The position numbers and the translations under genes are program-made. Shown here in pieces: positions 23,824-39,355 of a stretch of 55,699 nt of DNA. Where the stretch lies: positions 3,374,318 through 3,430,016 of the forward strand of contig NC_068985.1 of the NCBI RefSeq assembly GCF_001194135.2. Reading direction: 5' to 3'. Position 1 is the stretch's first letter. Each line of letters opens with the position of its first letter. Origin of the DNA: Octopus bimaculoides (lineage: Eukaryota). Below the pieces are notes generated by a model that worked only from the letters and a program-made list of their open reading frames with translations, had not been told where the DNA came from and did not search any database.

Positions 23824-25775
23824 TCATCATCATCATCATCAAATAGAATTTCATTGAATTGATGTTGAGAGGTATTTCTCACTGAAATGATTCCACAAAT
23901 TCTTCAGGTGGCAACAGATATGGCTCAAGTACGTCAGATAATTTCTACCCATTTCGAATTGTGTCTCAATTACTCAAGCCAAGAAGAAATTAAGTTACAT
24001 GCATACATTGCCGGTAAGTAGTTGGTTGTATGTGTGTATGAGTGTGTGTGTGTGTGTGAGTGTGTGTGTGTGTGAGTGTGTGTGTGTGTGAGTGTGTGTG
24101 TGTATTCATGTATATATGTGAGATAATAGTTTCAGTATTGATAGTGAAAGTATTAAACTGAAAGTATTATCTCACATTACAATAGAGATATTATTGTTTC
24201 ACTTTTGACATGTAATACTGAAATAGTGTAAAAGATAAGAGATTGCTCTGGGCTCGCATTAGGCAAGAAGTTGACAATTGTTTTGGCCCATGGCACTGCA
24301 TGGACCCTAAATAAGGCATGTGTAAAATTTGAATGAAATTGGTTGGATAGTTCTCAAGTTTTAGCGATGCACACATACAGACAGGCAGACAGGCACACAT
24401 TCTCAGTTTTATATATATAGATTATAATATTTTCATTATGAGTGGTCTATGGTGTGAATGCATCTTAATTAAGGTACATTCTCCTAATCTAATTAAGGAT
24501 CTTTCTCCTTCTAAGTGTAATAAAATATTCTGTTCCCTTAATATCTAAAAATGTTATAGTCATATTGTATTTCAATGCTAACTCTACTGTCCTCTACCCT
24601 GAAGTTTTATGGTCACTCACCATGAACATACTTTACAAAGAACTGTCTAAGACTTGAATACTCAGTTCGCTTCACCCACCCAGATGGGTAAAACCTTGAA
24701 CAAAGCTGCACAGTAATATCTGCCTGGGATAAACATGTACTGCGACTGATTTAAATTCGAATCAACTAAATGCATATAACTGCTACATCAAAGGACACGT
24801 GGACATTTATCCAGCAGAAACATGTGTTGGATTGGAATTTTATGAAAATATTGCTTCAATAAAGAAATTTTGATGATGTATAATTCTCCATTCTTCTTTT
24901 TGATGTCTTCATTATATCCTCTCTATGTTGTATGAAATGCAATGGAGCAAACTCAGGGTTTACCTATCAGGTGAAGTACTGATTAATTGTTTATCTTAAG
25001 GAGTTTTGTATGGCCCCTGTCGTTTCATGTGGTTAGCCAGAACCTGGATTGTATCTGAGTGTTAATAAGGTACCTGCCTGGATTCCAAGTCCCTATTCTT
25101 TTACGTAATATAGGGACAGGAGTGGCTGTGTGGTAAGTAGCTTGCTGACCAACCACATGGTTCCATGTTTAGTCCCACTGCATGGCACTTTGGGCAAGTG
25201 TCTTCTACTATAGCCTCAGGCCGACCAAAGCCTTGTGAGTGGATTTGGTAGACGGAAACTGAAAGAAGCTTGTCATGTGTGCGCGCGCGCGCGCGCGTGT
25301 TTGTGTGTCTATCCCCCCATCACTTGACAGCCAATGCTGGAGTGTTTACATTCCCGTAACTTAGTGGTTCGGCAAAAGAGACCGATAAAATAAGTACTAG
25401 GTTTACACAAGAATAAGTCCTGGAGTCGATTTGCTCGACTAAAGGTGGTGCTCCAGCATGGCCACAGTCAAATAACTGAAACAAATGAAAGAATAAGAAT
25501 ATATACATGGGACCAGAAAACAGAGGGTGCAAGCGCACCACCTAAAATATTTAGGGGGTTCAAAATCAAAATTTGCCTCCCTACTTACTTTTCTCAGGTT
25601 TAGCAAACAGTGAGTAAAAAGGGATCTGTAAAAAGAACCTTGAATTAGGTTTCTTCTCAAAGAACAAAGAACATGAATAAATAATAAAAAAAGAAGTTTG
25701 TAAAATCTTCTGGACCTGGGTTTGAACACCCTGAGCCTATTTCCTTCCCGAGCCAGTGTACACACACACACATTA

Positions 25776-25816
<41 letters not shown>

Positions 25817-28800
25817 TACTTGTCCCCACTACCACATGACAACCAGTGTTGTTTACGTTCCTGCAACTTAGCTGTTTGACAAAAAGATATTGATAGTGTA
25901 AGTACTAGGCTTTAAAATATGAAGTACTAGGGTCAATTTGGTCACATTATCCCTTCAAGGCGTTGTCCCAGCATGGTCGCAGTCCAGTGATTAAGACAAG
26001 TTGTGAAAGAAGCATTGCTCAACCAGGCTTTATGACTGTAAGTAATATCTGCATTCATATTTTAAAGATTCATGGACGTTTCCTGAAATAAAACCAGATG
26101 TTAACAATATTGTGAGGGTAAAATTCGAAGAAGTAGATGGAATCATTGTAAATGATTATGTTGGTTTCCACACAAACCCTACTTATGAAGATATACAGGT
26201 GAGATAAAAGACATATATAATTTCTGAAGTGAATCAGGAATTTTCCATGAAGGAATTAATATTTTAAAATGTTTTCTGTTAAAAAAGGAGACGTTTATGG
26301 GACACATAATGTCATTTTATATAAATAACCTGTTTCCTCAATATTTATGACTGACTTAGTAATTTCTGCATTCTTCTATTGAAAAACGTCTTAGAAGCGA
26401 AGCAGGCTGATTCTACAGCCCAGTTTCAATTCCTGTTTTTGGTCAATTCTCTTCTAGAGCTTGCTGTGTTTAACTTGTTGTAAAGTTGTGTTGTTGTTGG
26501 CACTCCGTCGCTTACGATGTCAAGGGTTCCAGTTGATCCGATCAACAGAACAGACTGCTCGTGAAATTAACATGCAAGTGGCTGAGCACTCCACAGACAC
26601 GTGTACCCTTAACGTAGTTCTCGGAGATATTCAGCGTGACACAGTGTGACAAGGCTGACCCTTTGAATTACAGGCACAACAGAAACAGGAAGTAAGAGTG
26701 AGAGAAAGTTGGGGCGAAAGAGTAAAGCAGGGTTCGCCACCATCCCCTGCCAGAGCATCGTGGAGCTTTTAGGTGTTATCGCTTAATAAACACTCACAAC
26801 GCCCGGTCTGGGAATCGAAACTGCAATCCTATGACCGCGAGTCCGCTGCCCTAACCACTGGGCCATTGCGCCTCCACCGTTGTAAAGTTAACCACGATAG
26901 ATTCATGTGTTGATGTCCATGGAACCTGCACATGAGCACTACTCCAAGCTACCCTTGTTATCTAGAGAAGTAATTTTAAAAGAATACTTGATATGATAAT
27001 TTCTGATTTTAGTTACCATTTGGAATATTCTGTGAAAATATGAAATCTCATAACATATCCTTGCCTAAAATACCAAATGTCTTCGCCATGCACTATGAGA
27101 AAATATTCCTCGAGAAGATAACTACTGAAAAGGTAAGACTGAGCTCTTTAGATAAGAAATGTACTCCTTTCTTGAGAATACAGTTCTATGTTTAAGAGAT
27201 GAGGAATTATTTACATTGTTTACATTTGACGGATATTTCCCCAAGATACCTGATGAAGGCTGGAGGGTATATCAGCCATGGGCATATGGCATAGGGGTTA
27301 AGAGCGTGGGCTACTCACCCCAAAACCCTGAGTTCGATTCCAGGCAGTGACCTAAATAATAATGATAATAATAATAATAATAATAATAATAATATCGTTA
27401 ACTGGTCAATTACTGAAATATGTAATGTTGCCAGAAAAATACGAAAACTGTTGACAATGCATAGAATGCACCACCCTAAGGCAGATATAGAACGTCTTTA
27501 TCTGCCAAGAAAAGAGGGAGGTCGAGGACTACTACAGCTGGCATTATCAATGAAGGTAGCCACAATTGGCCTAGACACCTATCTGAAAAACTCTGAGGAC
27601 TGGATGCTAAANNNNNNNNNNNNNNNNNNNNNNNNNNNNNNNNNNNNNNNNNNNNNNNNNNNNNNNNNNNNNNNNNNNNNNNNNNNNNNNNNNNNNNNNN
27701 NNNNNNNNNNNNNNNNNNNNNNNNNNNNNNNNNNNNNNNNNNNNNNNNNNNNNNNNNNNNNNNNNNNNNNNNNNNNNNNNNNNNNNNNNNNNNNNNNNNN
27801 NNNNNNNNNNNNNNNNNNNNNNNNNNNNNNNNNNNNNNNNNNNNNNNNNNNNNNNNNNNNNNNNNNNNNNNNNNNNNNNNNNNNNNNNNNNNNNNNNNNN
27901 NNNNNNNNNNNNNNNNNNNNNNNNNNNNNNNNNNNNNNNNNNNNNNNNNNNNNNNNNNNNNNNNNNNNNNNNNNNNNNNNNNNNNNNNNNNNNNNNNNNN
28001 NNNNNNNNNNNNNNNNNNNNNNNNNNNNNNNNNNNNNNNNNNNNNNNNNNNNNNNNNNNNNNNNNNNNNNNNNNNNNNNNNNNNNNNNNNNNNNNNNNNN
28101 NNNNNNNNNNNNNNNNNNNNNNNNNNNNNNNNNNNNNNNNNNNNNNNNNNNNNNNNNNNNNNNNNNNNNNNNNNNNNNNNNNNNNNNNNNNNNNNNNNNN
28201 NNNNNNNNNNNNNNNNNNNNNNNNNNNNNNNNNNNNNNNNNNNNNNNNNNNNNNNNNNNNNNNNNNNNNNNNNNNNNNNNNNNNNNNNNNNNNNNNNNNN
28301 NNNNNNNNNNNNNNNNNNNNNNNNNNNNNNNNNNNNNNNNNNNNNNNNNNNNNNNNNNNNNNNNNNNNNNNNNNNNNNNNNNNNNNNNNNNNNNNNNNNN
28401 NNNNNNNNNNNNNNNNNNNNNNNNNNNNNNNNNNNNNNNNNNNNNNNNNNNNNNNNNNNNNNNNNNNNNNNATAGGTGCCCTGGGAATGACAGCGAAACG
28501 GGCTGATTACTACCTAGCTCAGATGCCAGGAAACCCCAAAATGGCTGAAGTTCAAAAGATAGTGCTCATGGGAACTGCCCATATCCTACGTAAAATACTG
28601 TCTATGTGATCTCAAATTTTAAAACAAACACATAATTTTCTTATGGTTTCTTAAACATTCACTAGAACAAAACTGTACAAATCCAAATATATGGTACCCT
28701 AGGCATAACACCTACATGAACTTCTAACTTGTCTCTTGAGGTCTCTGGGTGAGACTTGGATCCAACTTGTACAAATGCAAAACAAAAGTCAAACATAAAA

Positions 28801-31800
28801 TAATAATAATAATAATAACATCGAAAAATACCTTAGGAATAAGAACCCAGGTATGAAATTTCCTTATGACCTCTGATGAAGGCTGGAGGGTATATCAGCC
28901 AAAATGTTGTGTTAACAACAAACAAGATGGGGACAAATATCCGTCAAATGTAAATCATTTCTTGAGAATATTTGTGACAAAACTGAAGTTTCAGCCAAGA
29001 ACCGAAACCATTTTGCTTATCACGGCACCACAGCAGAGAATAAATGTTTGATAAATTCAAGCTTTAGATTTAGGAGTCTGTGGACATGAAAAATTTTGAC
29101 TAAGATCATTTTTACAAAGCCCATTAACATAATAAAAAGGATGGCTCGAACTTAGAATTAAGCATTCGCACATACTATACAGTATAATTTTGATCCCTTT
29201 CTTAGCATAATTTTGCAAGGTAAGAAACCTTTTAAAAACTAGGATCCATTATAATTGTGTGAGATCTGTTTTCTAAGTTCAGCATTTCAAGAATGATTTA
29301 TAATTACTTTTTGCAGATAATATATAACGATCGTTTATTTTTGTTTTTACTTTTCTACAGTTAATATTTGACATGAACAAGAAATATGTCTTGCATGAAA
29401 TAGAAAACCAAAATGTCTCCCATGGTGCCAATATAATCATATATGACTACTACACTGGTAAGATAGTAAATATTTATGACAAGTTTTAAAGTTTGTGAGA
29501 TATAATGTATATATATTACGAGGTGGCAGAGCTAAGCAGTGATGTGTATAAATGCAATCTTATTATCAGTTCAGATACTTCAGCAGCCATTCCCTGTGTT
29601 TTGTCATGGAGTAAATTTCGTGCTGTAGACAAATGTTGTAAATACACCTAAATCAGCTCACAGCGCCACCTATCCAGGCTGTGAGATGCAAACATTTTGG
29701 AGTGGTTATATCCTCTGTAGTCACAGAGACTGAACGGCGGCACTGTGAGTTGATAAGAGAGACAATCTCTTTTATATCATTCCAGTGAATATACATCGAC
29801 TGGTAGAGCAGATCGACATGTCGTTTATGCGTATCACTGCTTAGCGCTCCGACCCCATAATTTAATCATGACAAGCCATCAATTTGCACAGCCAGCTGCC
29901 ATATGTTGACTGGAATAACAAAAGAGAGGTTGTCTCTCTTAGCACACAGAGCCAACATTGGGTTTCTGGGACTGAAAAGGAGATAACCACTCTGAAATGC
30001 TAGCATCTCGCAGTCTAGATAGGTGGTGCTGTGATCTGGTTTAGGTGCATTTACACCATTTGTGTACAGTGAGAAATTTTCTCTTGACAAAACACAGTGA
30101 ATGGCGTATTTATGAAGTTTGAATGTGTCACTGGCATATTTGAACTCGTAATAACATTTCAGATGTATGTATGGTCTTATCTGCAACATTATAATGAAAA
30201 TACGTTTAACTCTAAAAAGTAATGGGCGTTACCACCTCAATGCGATTGTTCCATACTGAACACTGTTACTACTCTTCTTAACAGCTGGTTAATGATACAT
30301 TATCTGTGTCCGTTATATTGCAAACAAAGGAGCAAACAACTCCTGTCTAGCACTGACAAGAATCAATAGAGCAACTGGTTTCCCGGTATAACCCTTCATT
30401 GGTACTGGTTATACCTGTCTGCTAAACATGGCAGTCGTTCATCCTAGTTTGCAATATATAAATAAACACACCCCTGCTGATCTTACATTCAGCCAAGTAG
30501 TTAGTTCTAAAATCTCTACACGAGATGCAAATAGTACTGAGATCTATTCATTTGATTAAAATTGTTCAAGATTGTGCTCCAGTATGGTCACAGCTTAATG
30601 ACCAAAACAAATAAAAGAATGCCACAACTTACAGGTAGAACCAGAAAATGAGTAAATTAAAAAAATCTATAGTTTTTATATGTAATTTAACATATTACGA
30701 CAAGTTCTATGACCAATTTAAAATATTTATTGTATTAATACAGTTATGTTGATTTGATTACAGGTCACAAGTACACAATTATCAAAGCAACAGGACAATG
30801 CCAGAATGTTGAGAAACTTCAGATTGGTGATCGATTTGTGGAAAGATTTTCTTCAAAATTGAAAATGACTGATGCCTTAAGTTTCTTCTTCCTGAAAAAA
30901 TCCACCTTTGAATATATTGGAATGGTATGTATTATGTAACAACAAATTCATGGTTCAGTTCTATATTTAAGAGATGAATAGTTATTTACATTATTTACAT
31001 TTGATGGATATTTGTCCTCATCTTGTTTGTTGTTAACACAACATTTTGGCTGATATACCCTCCAGCCTTCATCTTGGGGAAATTTTGAACTTTGGTTATG
31101 TTAAATAATTTTTATTTCATTTCTAAATACTTATTTCATTTATTTAGAATTAAAAGCATCATCCAGTTGTTTTAGAATGTGACAAAGGCAGTGAGACTTT
31201 ATCACTTTGTTCCATTAACATTTGTCGTTTTCATCTTTATTTCTCTGGTCGAATCCATTTGATTAAATATTTCATCCCCCTACTTTTAGCAATTTGTCTG
31301 AGCTGTAATATCATTAGATGTAATATCATTGTAATTTTAGCGTCAACTCCGTGGTGTGATGTGTAATGTGTGGACTGGATATCATTTTGAGAAGGCATCC
31401 AATGAAAACATCACTATAGAATGGTATTTTACGCAGGTAATTTTTGAAATCCAATTAAAGGATTTGAATTCATTTTCAAATAGTCATTAAATAAAATTGG
31501 AAAATAAATTATGTCCTATTCCACCACCACCACCACCACCACCACCACCACCCAAATATGTCATAAGTTCAATAAATTTATGCATTCACATACATTGTTT
31601 TGAGCCATTCTTCAAATATGCAATGTTATGGAAAAATGTAGTTTATTTTCAAGTACCGTAANNNNNNNNNNNNNNNNNNNNNNNNNNNNNNNNNNNNNNN
31701 NNNNNNNNNNNNNNNNNNNNNNNNNNNNNNNNNNNNNNNNNNNNNNNNNNNNNNNNNNNNNNNNNNNNNNNNNNNNNNNNNNNNNNNNNNNNNNNNNNNN

Positions 31801-34800
31801 NNNNNNNNNNNNNNNNNNNNNNNNNNNNNNNNNNNNNNNNNNNNNNNNNNNNNNNNNNNNNNNNNNNNNNNNNNNNNNNNNNNNNNNNNNNNNNNNNNNN
31901 NNNNNNNNNNNNNNNNNNNNNNNNNNNNNNNNNNNNNNNNNNNNNNNNNNNNNNNNNNNNNNNNNNNNNNNNNNNNNNNNNNNNNNNNNNNNNNNNNNNN
32001 NNNNNNNNNNNNNNNNNNNNNNNNNNNNNNNNNNNNNNNNNNNNNNNNNNNNNNNNNNNNNNNNNNNNNNNNNNNNNNNNNNNNNNNNNNNNNNNNNNNN
32101 NNNNNNNNNNNNNNNNNNNNNNNNNNNNNNNNNNNNNNNNNNNNNNNNNNNNNNNNNNNNNNNNNNNNNNNNNNNNNNNNNNNNNNNNNNNNNNNNNNNN
32201 NNNNNNNNNNNNNNNNNNNNNNNNNNNNNNNNNNNNNNNNNNNNNNNNNNNNNNNNNNNNNNNNNNNNNNNNNNNNNNNNNNNNNNNNNNNNNNNNNNNN
32301 NNNNNNNNNNNNNNNNNNNNNNNNNNNNNNNNNNNNNNNNNNNNNNNNNNNNNNNNNNNNNNNNNNNNNNNNNNNNNNNNNNNNNNNNNNNNNNNNNNNN
32401 NNNNNNNNNNNNNNNNNNNNNNNNNNNNNNNNNNNNNNNNNNNNNNNNNNNNNNNNNNNNNNNNNNATGTTTATAAGCCATTTAAAAACGCACAAAATCT
32501 GTTAAATTCACTTCAACATTTAAATTTAATTTGTCAAATTATTTTCATTGCTTTGCAATCGCAACCTGTTCACTGACAAAATTCTGTGAGTGAACAGGTC
32601 ATGGTTTCAAGGCAATGAACATGGTTTCAAGGCTTATAAACATCTTCCCCGCTGCAATTGTTTTCGTTTCAGCACACAATCTCAGATCAAGTCACTTGCT
32701 ATGCAAGTACATCTCCCTATATATATCTTATGTTTATTAATTCGTTTTGCAAGATTCCGGATGTGAAATCGTGTACTGAAACAGATATTGTTGTATTTCA
32801 GGATAGTCATTTTGTTTTTGCCAAGTAAACACACGTACTATATATTTTTTCTTTACTCATTTATTACTGTTCTTATTTTGTTATCTTAACTCATGTCCAT
32901 TGTCCAGAATTTTTTTGTCACACATCTGTGACCTCTTTAGTGACACTTTTTGTTTCCATGTGTGTTCTTGCTCCACTTACTCCATTGGAGTGAAATAATA
33001 AAAGAACAGTAATAAACGAGTGAAGGAAAAATATATAGTGTCAAAAAAACAAACAACCATGCTGAAATACAACAATATATATATATATATATGTTTTGCA
33101 CGCACCTTGCACATGCAAGTGCCACCAGTTGAGAACTCAGCATAGCAGAAGCCATCAAGTGTATGCGGTCATCAGGTGAGAATATGTGCCATTTAGAGAT
33201 ATTAAATTCAACTGACGTTGAAAGTCAACAAACAAAGTTTGCTTTAGAAGCATTGAGATGTATTGAAAGATAAGGAAATAATTTTATTCTCAAACGCAGG
33301 ATAATGCTGTCAGATTTTTCTGCAAAATATGGCTAGATTATGCTGTATTACTAGCATTATCCTGAGTTTGAGAATAAAATTATTTCGTTATCTCTATGTA
33401 TATATTTATATATATACATGCATGTATATATCATCATCATCATCATCATCGTTTAACGTCCGTTTTCCATGCTGGCATGGGTTCGATGGTTTGACTGAGG
33501 TCTGGAGAGCCAGCGGATACACCAGGCTCCATTCTGATCTGGCAATGTTTCTACAGCTGGATGCCCTTCCTAACGCCAACCACTCCGAGAGTGTAGTGAG
33601 TGCTTTTTATGTAGAAATAGTTATTTCTATTTACATTTATGGAATCTTATATTGTGAAGTCTTCAACGTCCTCTGTTTTGTTTTGTTCTTTTTTCAGAAA
33701 AATTGGACAGACAATATCGGTGAAACTGCTGAAAGACTTGTCATCTTCCGTGTGGATGTTTGGATGGTGCGTACATTTTGTATTTGATGTTTTAACAAAC
33801 TTCAATAAGTTATGAATTTCTGTATCATTTGTGTTATTTTACTGGAAACTACATTTCTGAGCCTCCCTACCTCTACCGACTGTATTAATACCACAACACT
33901 ATCCTTCTCATTTTAAGCTGTATCAATAAATTCATTAACCACAAATGCTGTGCTGAGGTACACGAGACCAAAGAGAAATGCCATGCTTTGTTGATTACTG
34001 GGCCAGATTAAGATCCACAGACAGGCTAAGCAGTAAAAAGATTTTGGTGCCTCCATTTATATGTAATTCAAAATAGTAAACCATAAAATAAATTTTTATT
34101 TTTCAAAATGAAGCAAAACTAAGATGAAAAATAATGTTTATTTTTGTATAATTTCATTTTATTTATATTTGAAAAGTTTTCTCCTACTTTTTTTTGTATA
34201 ATTGCAATCTGGTCTTCACTGTGATACCATGAACACTTTGAAATTAAATTTCCTTTCGCATAAACTATTTTGAATACTATTTTGACAACCCATGGTCGAC
34301 TTTGTCTTTCATCCTTTCGGGGTCAATAAATTAAGTACCAGCTGTGTACTGGGGTTGATGTAATTGACTGGCCACCTCCCCCAAAATTTCCGGCCTTGTG
34401 CTCAGAGTAGAAAAGAATATTATTTTGACAACTTTAATGCAATATTTTTTTACGTGTCATAAACCATTTACCCCTTCGGTGGTGTCGCCTTCCCTGGGTG
34501 CCCTTAGTGTGTGTTTATTTTACTCAATGGTTAATCCAGCGCAGGTTGACTGAGCTCATCTTGTCCACTTTCATTGTGGTCTATGTTGGAACCTACTGGC
34601 GCATAGGAACATAATGGACCGTGAAATAAAGAATCCAAGTCCCAGACTGCATCTCATGCAAATAAACCATCACAACTGAGAGTTACATTTCATCTGAAGA
34701 CAGATTGCTACATTATTATCAACATGTGGGACTTGGAAACATATACCAGGCATAAAAAATGACTTCAGGTCACATTGTTTTGAGTTTCCATCTGTCCAAC

Positions 34801-35496
34801 TATCCTCTACAGTTCAGTGTCTGTTCTAGTTTGTTACATCACAATCCTTCTCTTTCTTTCATGGTGCTGCAACTCATCCTTAAAATAAGCACATCCATCA
34901 CCAACAATATCCTCTCCCTTTATCAATTAAGGTAGAACCAAACTGTTCTTTTTCTTGCAGCCTGGTAATCCAGAAGCATATGTTTATAATATTTATCAGT
35001 TTGATACAGCGCCTCCTTCTTGGTCCACTTTTGACATCACTCCGTGTGCGAGTTATTCTGATAAAGTACATTTTACAATCCAGTTCTACGGTAAGGATTC
35101 AGTAGATCTTTTCTATTTGTCTGTCTGTCTGTCCATTCGTCTGTTTGTCTGTCCATCTGTCAGTCCACCCACCTGTCTGTCCATCCATCCATACATCCAT
35201 CCATCTGCTTCCTTGTCTGCCAGCTTGTCTTTCTGTCTCTCTGTTTCTGCTTTTAGCTATAACAATATGTATCGCTGCTCAAATTGATGTTTATTTTAAC
35301 TGCTAAACTAATTTCTTTCTCCAGCAGAGCTATTGATCATCTTGGCTTCAAACTTCGTTTCTCTTTCAGATCTTATATTATAAAAGAGAAGTGGATTGTC
35401 GTCTGTCCGTCACAACATCTACTACTGGGAGGAAAAGAAGGGGAAGAATGAGAACATATGTCACAATGTATTTTTAGAAGGGGTGGAGAAAAAGTT

Positions 35497-35540
<44 letters not shown>

Positions 35541-35669
35541 AAATTGATAGATAGATAGGTAGGTAGGTAGATAGTGTTGTCACCATAATAACTAACAAGT
35601 TTTGATTTAAAATGCGGGAATTTTAAGTGCAAGTCTATTAACACAATGCAACACACTTCAAAACAAATC

Positions 35670-35701
<32 letters not shown>

Positions 35702-35732
35702 ATATATATAGTCATTTAAAAAAGTTTGAATG

Positions 35733-35763
<31 letters not shown>

Positions 35764-37621
35764 TTCTGCGTCATTCAGCATATAGAGAATGTAGCTTAGA
35801 TTTTAAAAAAGACCTTCGTATTAAATAGAAGGGGAAGAAAAAAGTTGTTGTTGAGAGAGAAATACATTGAGGGAGAGAGAGAAAGAGAAGGAGAAAGAAA
35901 GAGAAATAGAGGTAGCATTGTCACCATAGTAACTTACAAAATTTGATTGAAAAAGTGGGTATTTTAAGTGCAAGTCTGTCAACACAGCACAACCTTCAAG
36001 AAGGGCTCTGTGTATATATATATATATATAATACATGAGGGGAAGTCAAAAAATTATCCACACTTTCACCATAACATATCTTTATTATTGTCAAACTACC
36101 TTCTGCAAAAGCATACCCAAATGGATGAAATGCCTAGTTTGATTGATTTGAGAACTCTCTTTTGCCTTTTTTTTTACTGGTATTGTTGTTGCAATTCTTA
36201 CCATTTTTTAGTTCCATGTGACTTTACTCCTCTTTGTGTTTGAGCTGAGCACTACATAATTTGTTAATTATTACCTCTGTTACCAACAGTGAGAAAATAA
36301 TCTTTCTCTACAAAGACATCGACTCCCTTGTCCAACTTGCTCTAGATACGAGCGGATATGTAAAAAGACGTTTTTCTCATTGCCTTTTCATTCACTGCTT
36401 TTCTCTTTATTTATTACCAGTGAACAATAAAAACAGGACAATTCTAAGGTACCTGACAGATCATTCTTCAGTCCAGCAATTACAAGTAGCACTTTCAAAT
36501 ATGAGTGAAATAACACCTGTTCGAATAGCTCACACAGAGGTAATGTTTCCGATTATATTCTTAAATAGAAGATTGTACATACAATAACGAAATTGTGATA
36601 GAAATGATGCTGTATCTAATGTGGTGGCTGGGATAAATCATCATCATCATTTAACGTCCATTGTCCATGCTGGCATGGGTTGGCATTCTGGAAGGCTCCA
36701 GTCTGATTTGGCATTGTTTCTTCGGCTGGATGCCCCTCTTAACGCCAACCACTCCAAGAGTGTAATGGATGATTCTACATGTCACCAGCATGGGTACCAT
36801 TTGTGCATCTGCCGTGATTGCAATTTTGCTCGGCTTTATGGGTCTTCTTCTCAAGCACAACATAATGCCAAAGGTCTTGGTCATTGCCTCTGTGAGGCCC
36901 AACACTCAAAAGGAACTCAGCCACTTTGCCCCCATAAGGCCGAATGCTTGAAAGGAACTCAGCCACCTTACCACCGAGAGGCTCAACAATATATAATGTA
37001 ACTAGTGGGTAGAGCAACTACAATGATGATATTTACTTTGATTTCATCAATAAATGTATTTTTCCTGAGTTCAATCTCAGTGTGTACCTTTTTCTCTATC
37101 TTTTACTTGTTTCAGTCATTAGACTGTAGCCATACTGGGACACTGCCTTGACGAACTTTAACGAATCCAACCCAGTATTTATCAATGTCTGGTACTTATT
37201 CTATCAGTGTCTTTTATCAAATTGTTAAGTTACAAGGACATAAACACACTAACACCATATATAGGGGTAGGAGTGGCTGTGTGGGAAGAAGCTTGCTTCC
37301 GAACCACACAGTTCCATGTTCAGTTCCACTACATGATACCTTGAGCTGACCAAAGCCTTGTGAGTAGATTTAGTAGACGAAAACTGTAAGAAGCCTGATA
37401 TATATATGTGTGTGTGTGTGTGACTGTGTTTGTCCTCCCACCGTCACCTGACAACCAATGTTGGTGCGTTTACGTCCCTGTAACTTAGTTGTTCAGCCAA
37501 AGAGACCCTATGGAATAAGTACTAGGCATACAAAGGATAAGTCCTGGGGTCGATTTGTTTGACTAAAAGACGGTGCTCCAGCATGGCTGCAGCTAAATAA
37601 CTGAAACAAGTAAAAGAGTAA

Positions 37622-37652
<31 letters not shown>

Positions 37653-39291
37653 AACGAAGTGCTTCTTTAAGTTTCTGTCAACAAAATACTCATAAGGCTT
37701 TGGTCGGCCTGGGGTTATAGTAAAAGACACTTGCTCAAGGTGCCACGCAGAGAGATTGAACCGAAAACAATGTAGTTGGGAAGTAAACTTCTTACCACTC
37801 AGCTATACCTATGTCAAGGGACAAATAGATGTGAAAGGCAGCAATGTGGTTATGTAGGTTTGAAACATCTTCCAGTTAGCTATTTCGTATTCTAATGAAG
37901 TAACAGTGTGTGTATATGTATGCACACATACAAAACTGACTGTAAAATATCAGAACCTTATTTTCTTATGTATTAATCTATGATCTCGTTTCAGATGGAT
38001 ATTGATTTGGATAAAAAGAAATTATTTTTTTCTGCTTCACTGCTGGATGCCCCTAAAGAAGAGAATAAACAATTTCGAAGTGGCATAAAAGATAATGAAA
38101 TAGCATACATGATGATCCAAGGACTTATGATGAATCGGTGGAATTTTTCAATTGAAATGAAAATGAATTTGAAGGTATGTATAGAGAGCTATAAGTGTTT
38201 TGCACAATTTCCGTCATTGTATATACTCATCTGCTGGTTAAATTATCATATGTTAAGTCATTGAAATACAATTAAATGCGATATCATCATCATCACCATC
38301 ATCATCGTTTAACGTCCGTTTTCCATGCTGGCATGGGTTGGACGGTTCGACTGGGGTCTGGGAAGCCAGGAGGCTGCACCAGGCTCCAGTCTGATCTGGC
38401 AGTGTTTCTACAGCTGGATGACCTTCCTAACGCCAACCACTCCAAGAGTGTAGTGGGTGCTTTCTTTACGTGCCATTGGCACAAGGGCTAGAGGGGCTGG
38501 CATCGACCACGATCGGATGGTGCTTTTTACATGCCACCAGCATGGGAGCCAGTCAAAGCGGAGCTGGCATCAACCACATCTGGATGGTGCTTTTTACGTG
38601 CCACTGGCACAGGGATCACAACTGCAATTTCCATTTGATTGTGATTTGATTTGATTTTGATGTACTTGACTCAATAGGTCTCCTCAAGCATGGCATGTCA
38701 CCCTATGATCCAAGATACCTTTGAGTGGGCTGGGGCTGGTTATGTGACACTGGTGTAGGTTACAGCTGTGAACTCACTTTATTTGCTGGGTCTTCTCATT
38801 CACAGCATAACTCCAGAGGTCTTGGTCTTTTGTCATAGTTATCTAGATATCAACACAGTTTGATTACTGGCAGGGACACTGTATTTCATTTTGTAACTAT
38901 AGAATACTACTAAGTATATTAAAAGCTTATATGTCAATACTATGTCCTACCTGTGTTAGCAGTGCAATTCAATCACTTTTTATTTATCTCTACAGATTTT
39001 TTTTAGAAATTAGAGCCAGCACTGAATGTTACAATGCTTTATATATGAATACATTTATGTATCTGAAAGTTAGGACGTCTATATGATTTTCAGTGCTGGT
39101 TCTAATTTCTATGGAAAATCTGTAGAGATAGCTTTAAAAAGTAATTATTACAATTATAAGATCCTGAAGTAAACAGTTATGAGTTATGAGAGTGGCGGCG
39201 ATGGAGGAATTGGTAGTGATGTTGGTTTTCGTGATGGTGTATAGCGAAATATACAATGAAAGAACGTGTGAGAGAGAGATAGATAGACAGC

Positions 39292-39355
<64 letters not shown>

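Noticed and set aside
24596-24971. Exon-like segment in intron 4 ending CAG|GTGAAG
   Set aside because: It has stops in every frame and is not needed for phase continuity.
36261-36420. In-frame upstream extension of exon 12 (ORF 36261-36587)
   Set aside because: The candidate upstream acceptor is in the wrong phase; the strong acceptor is at 36420.
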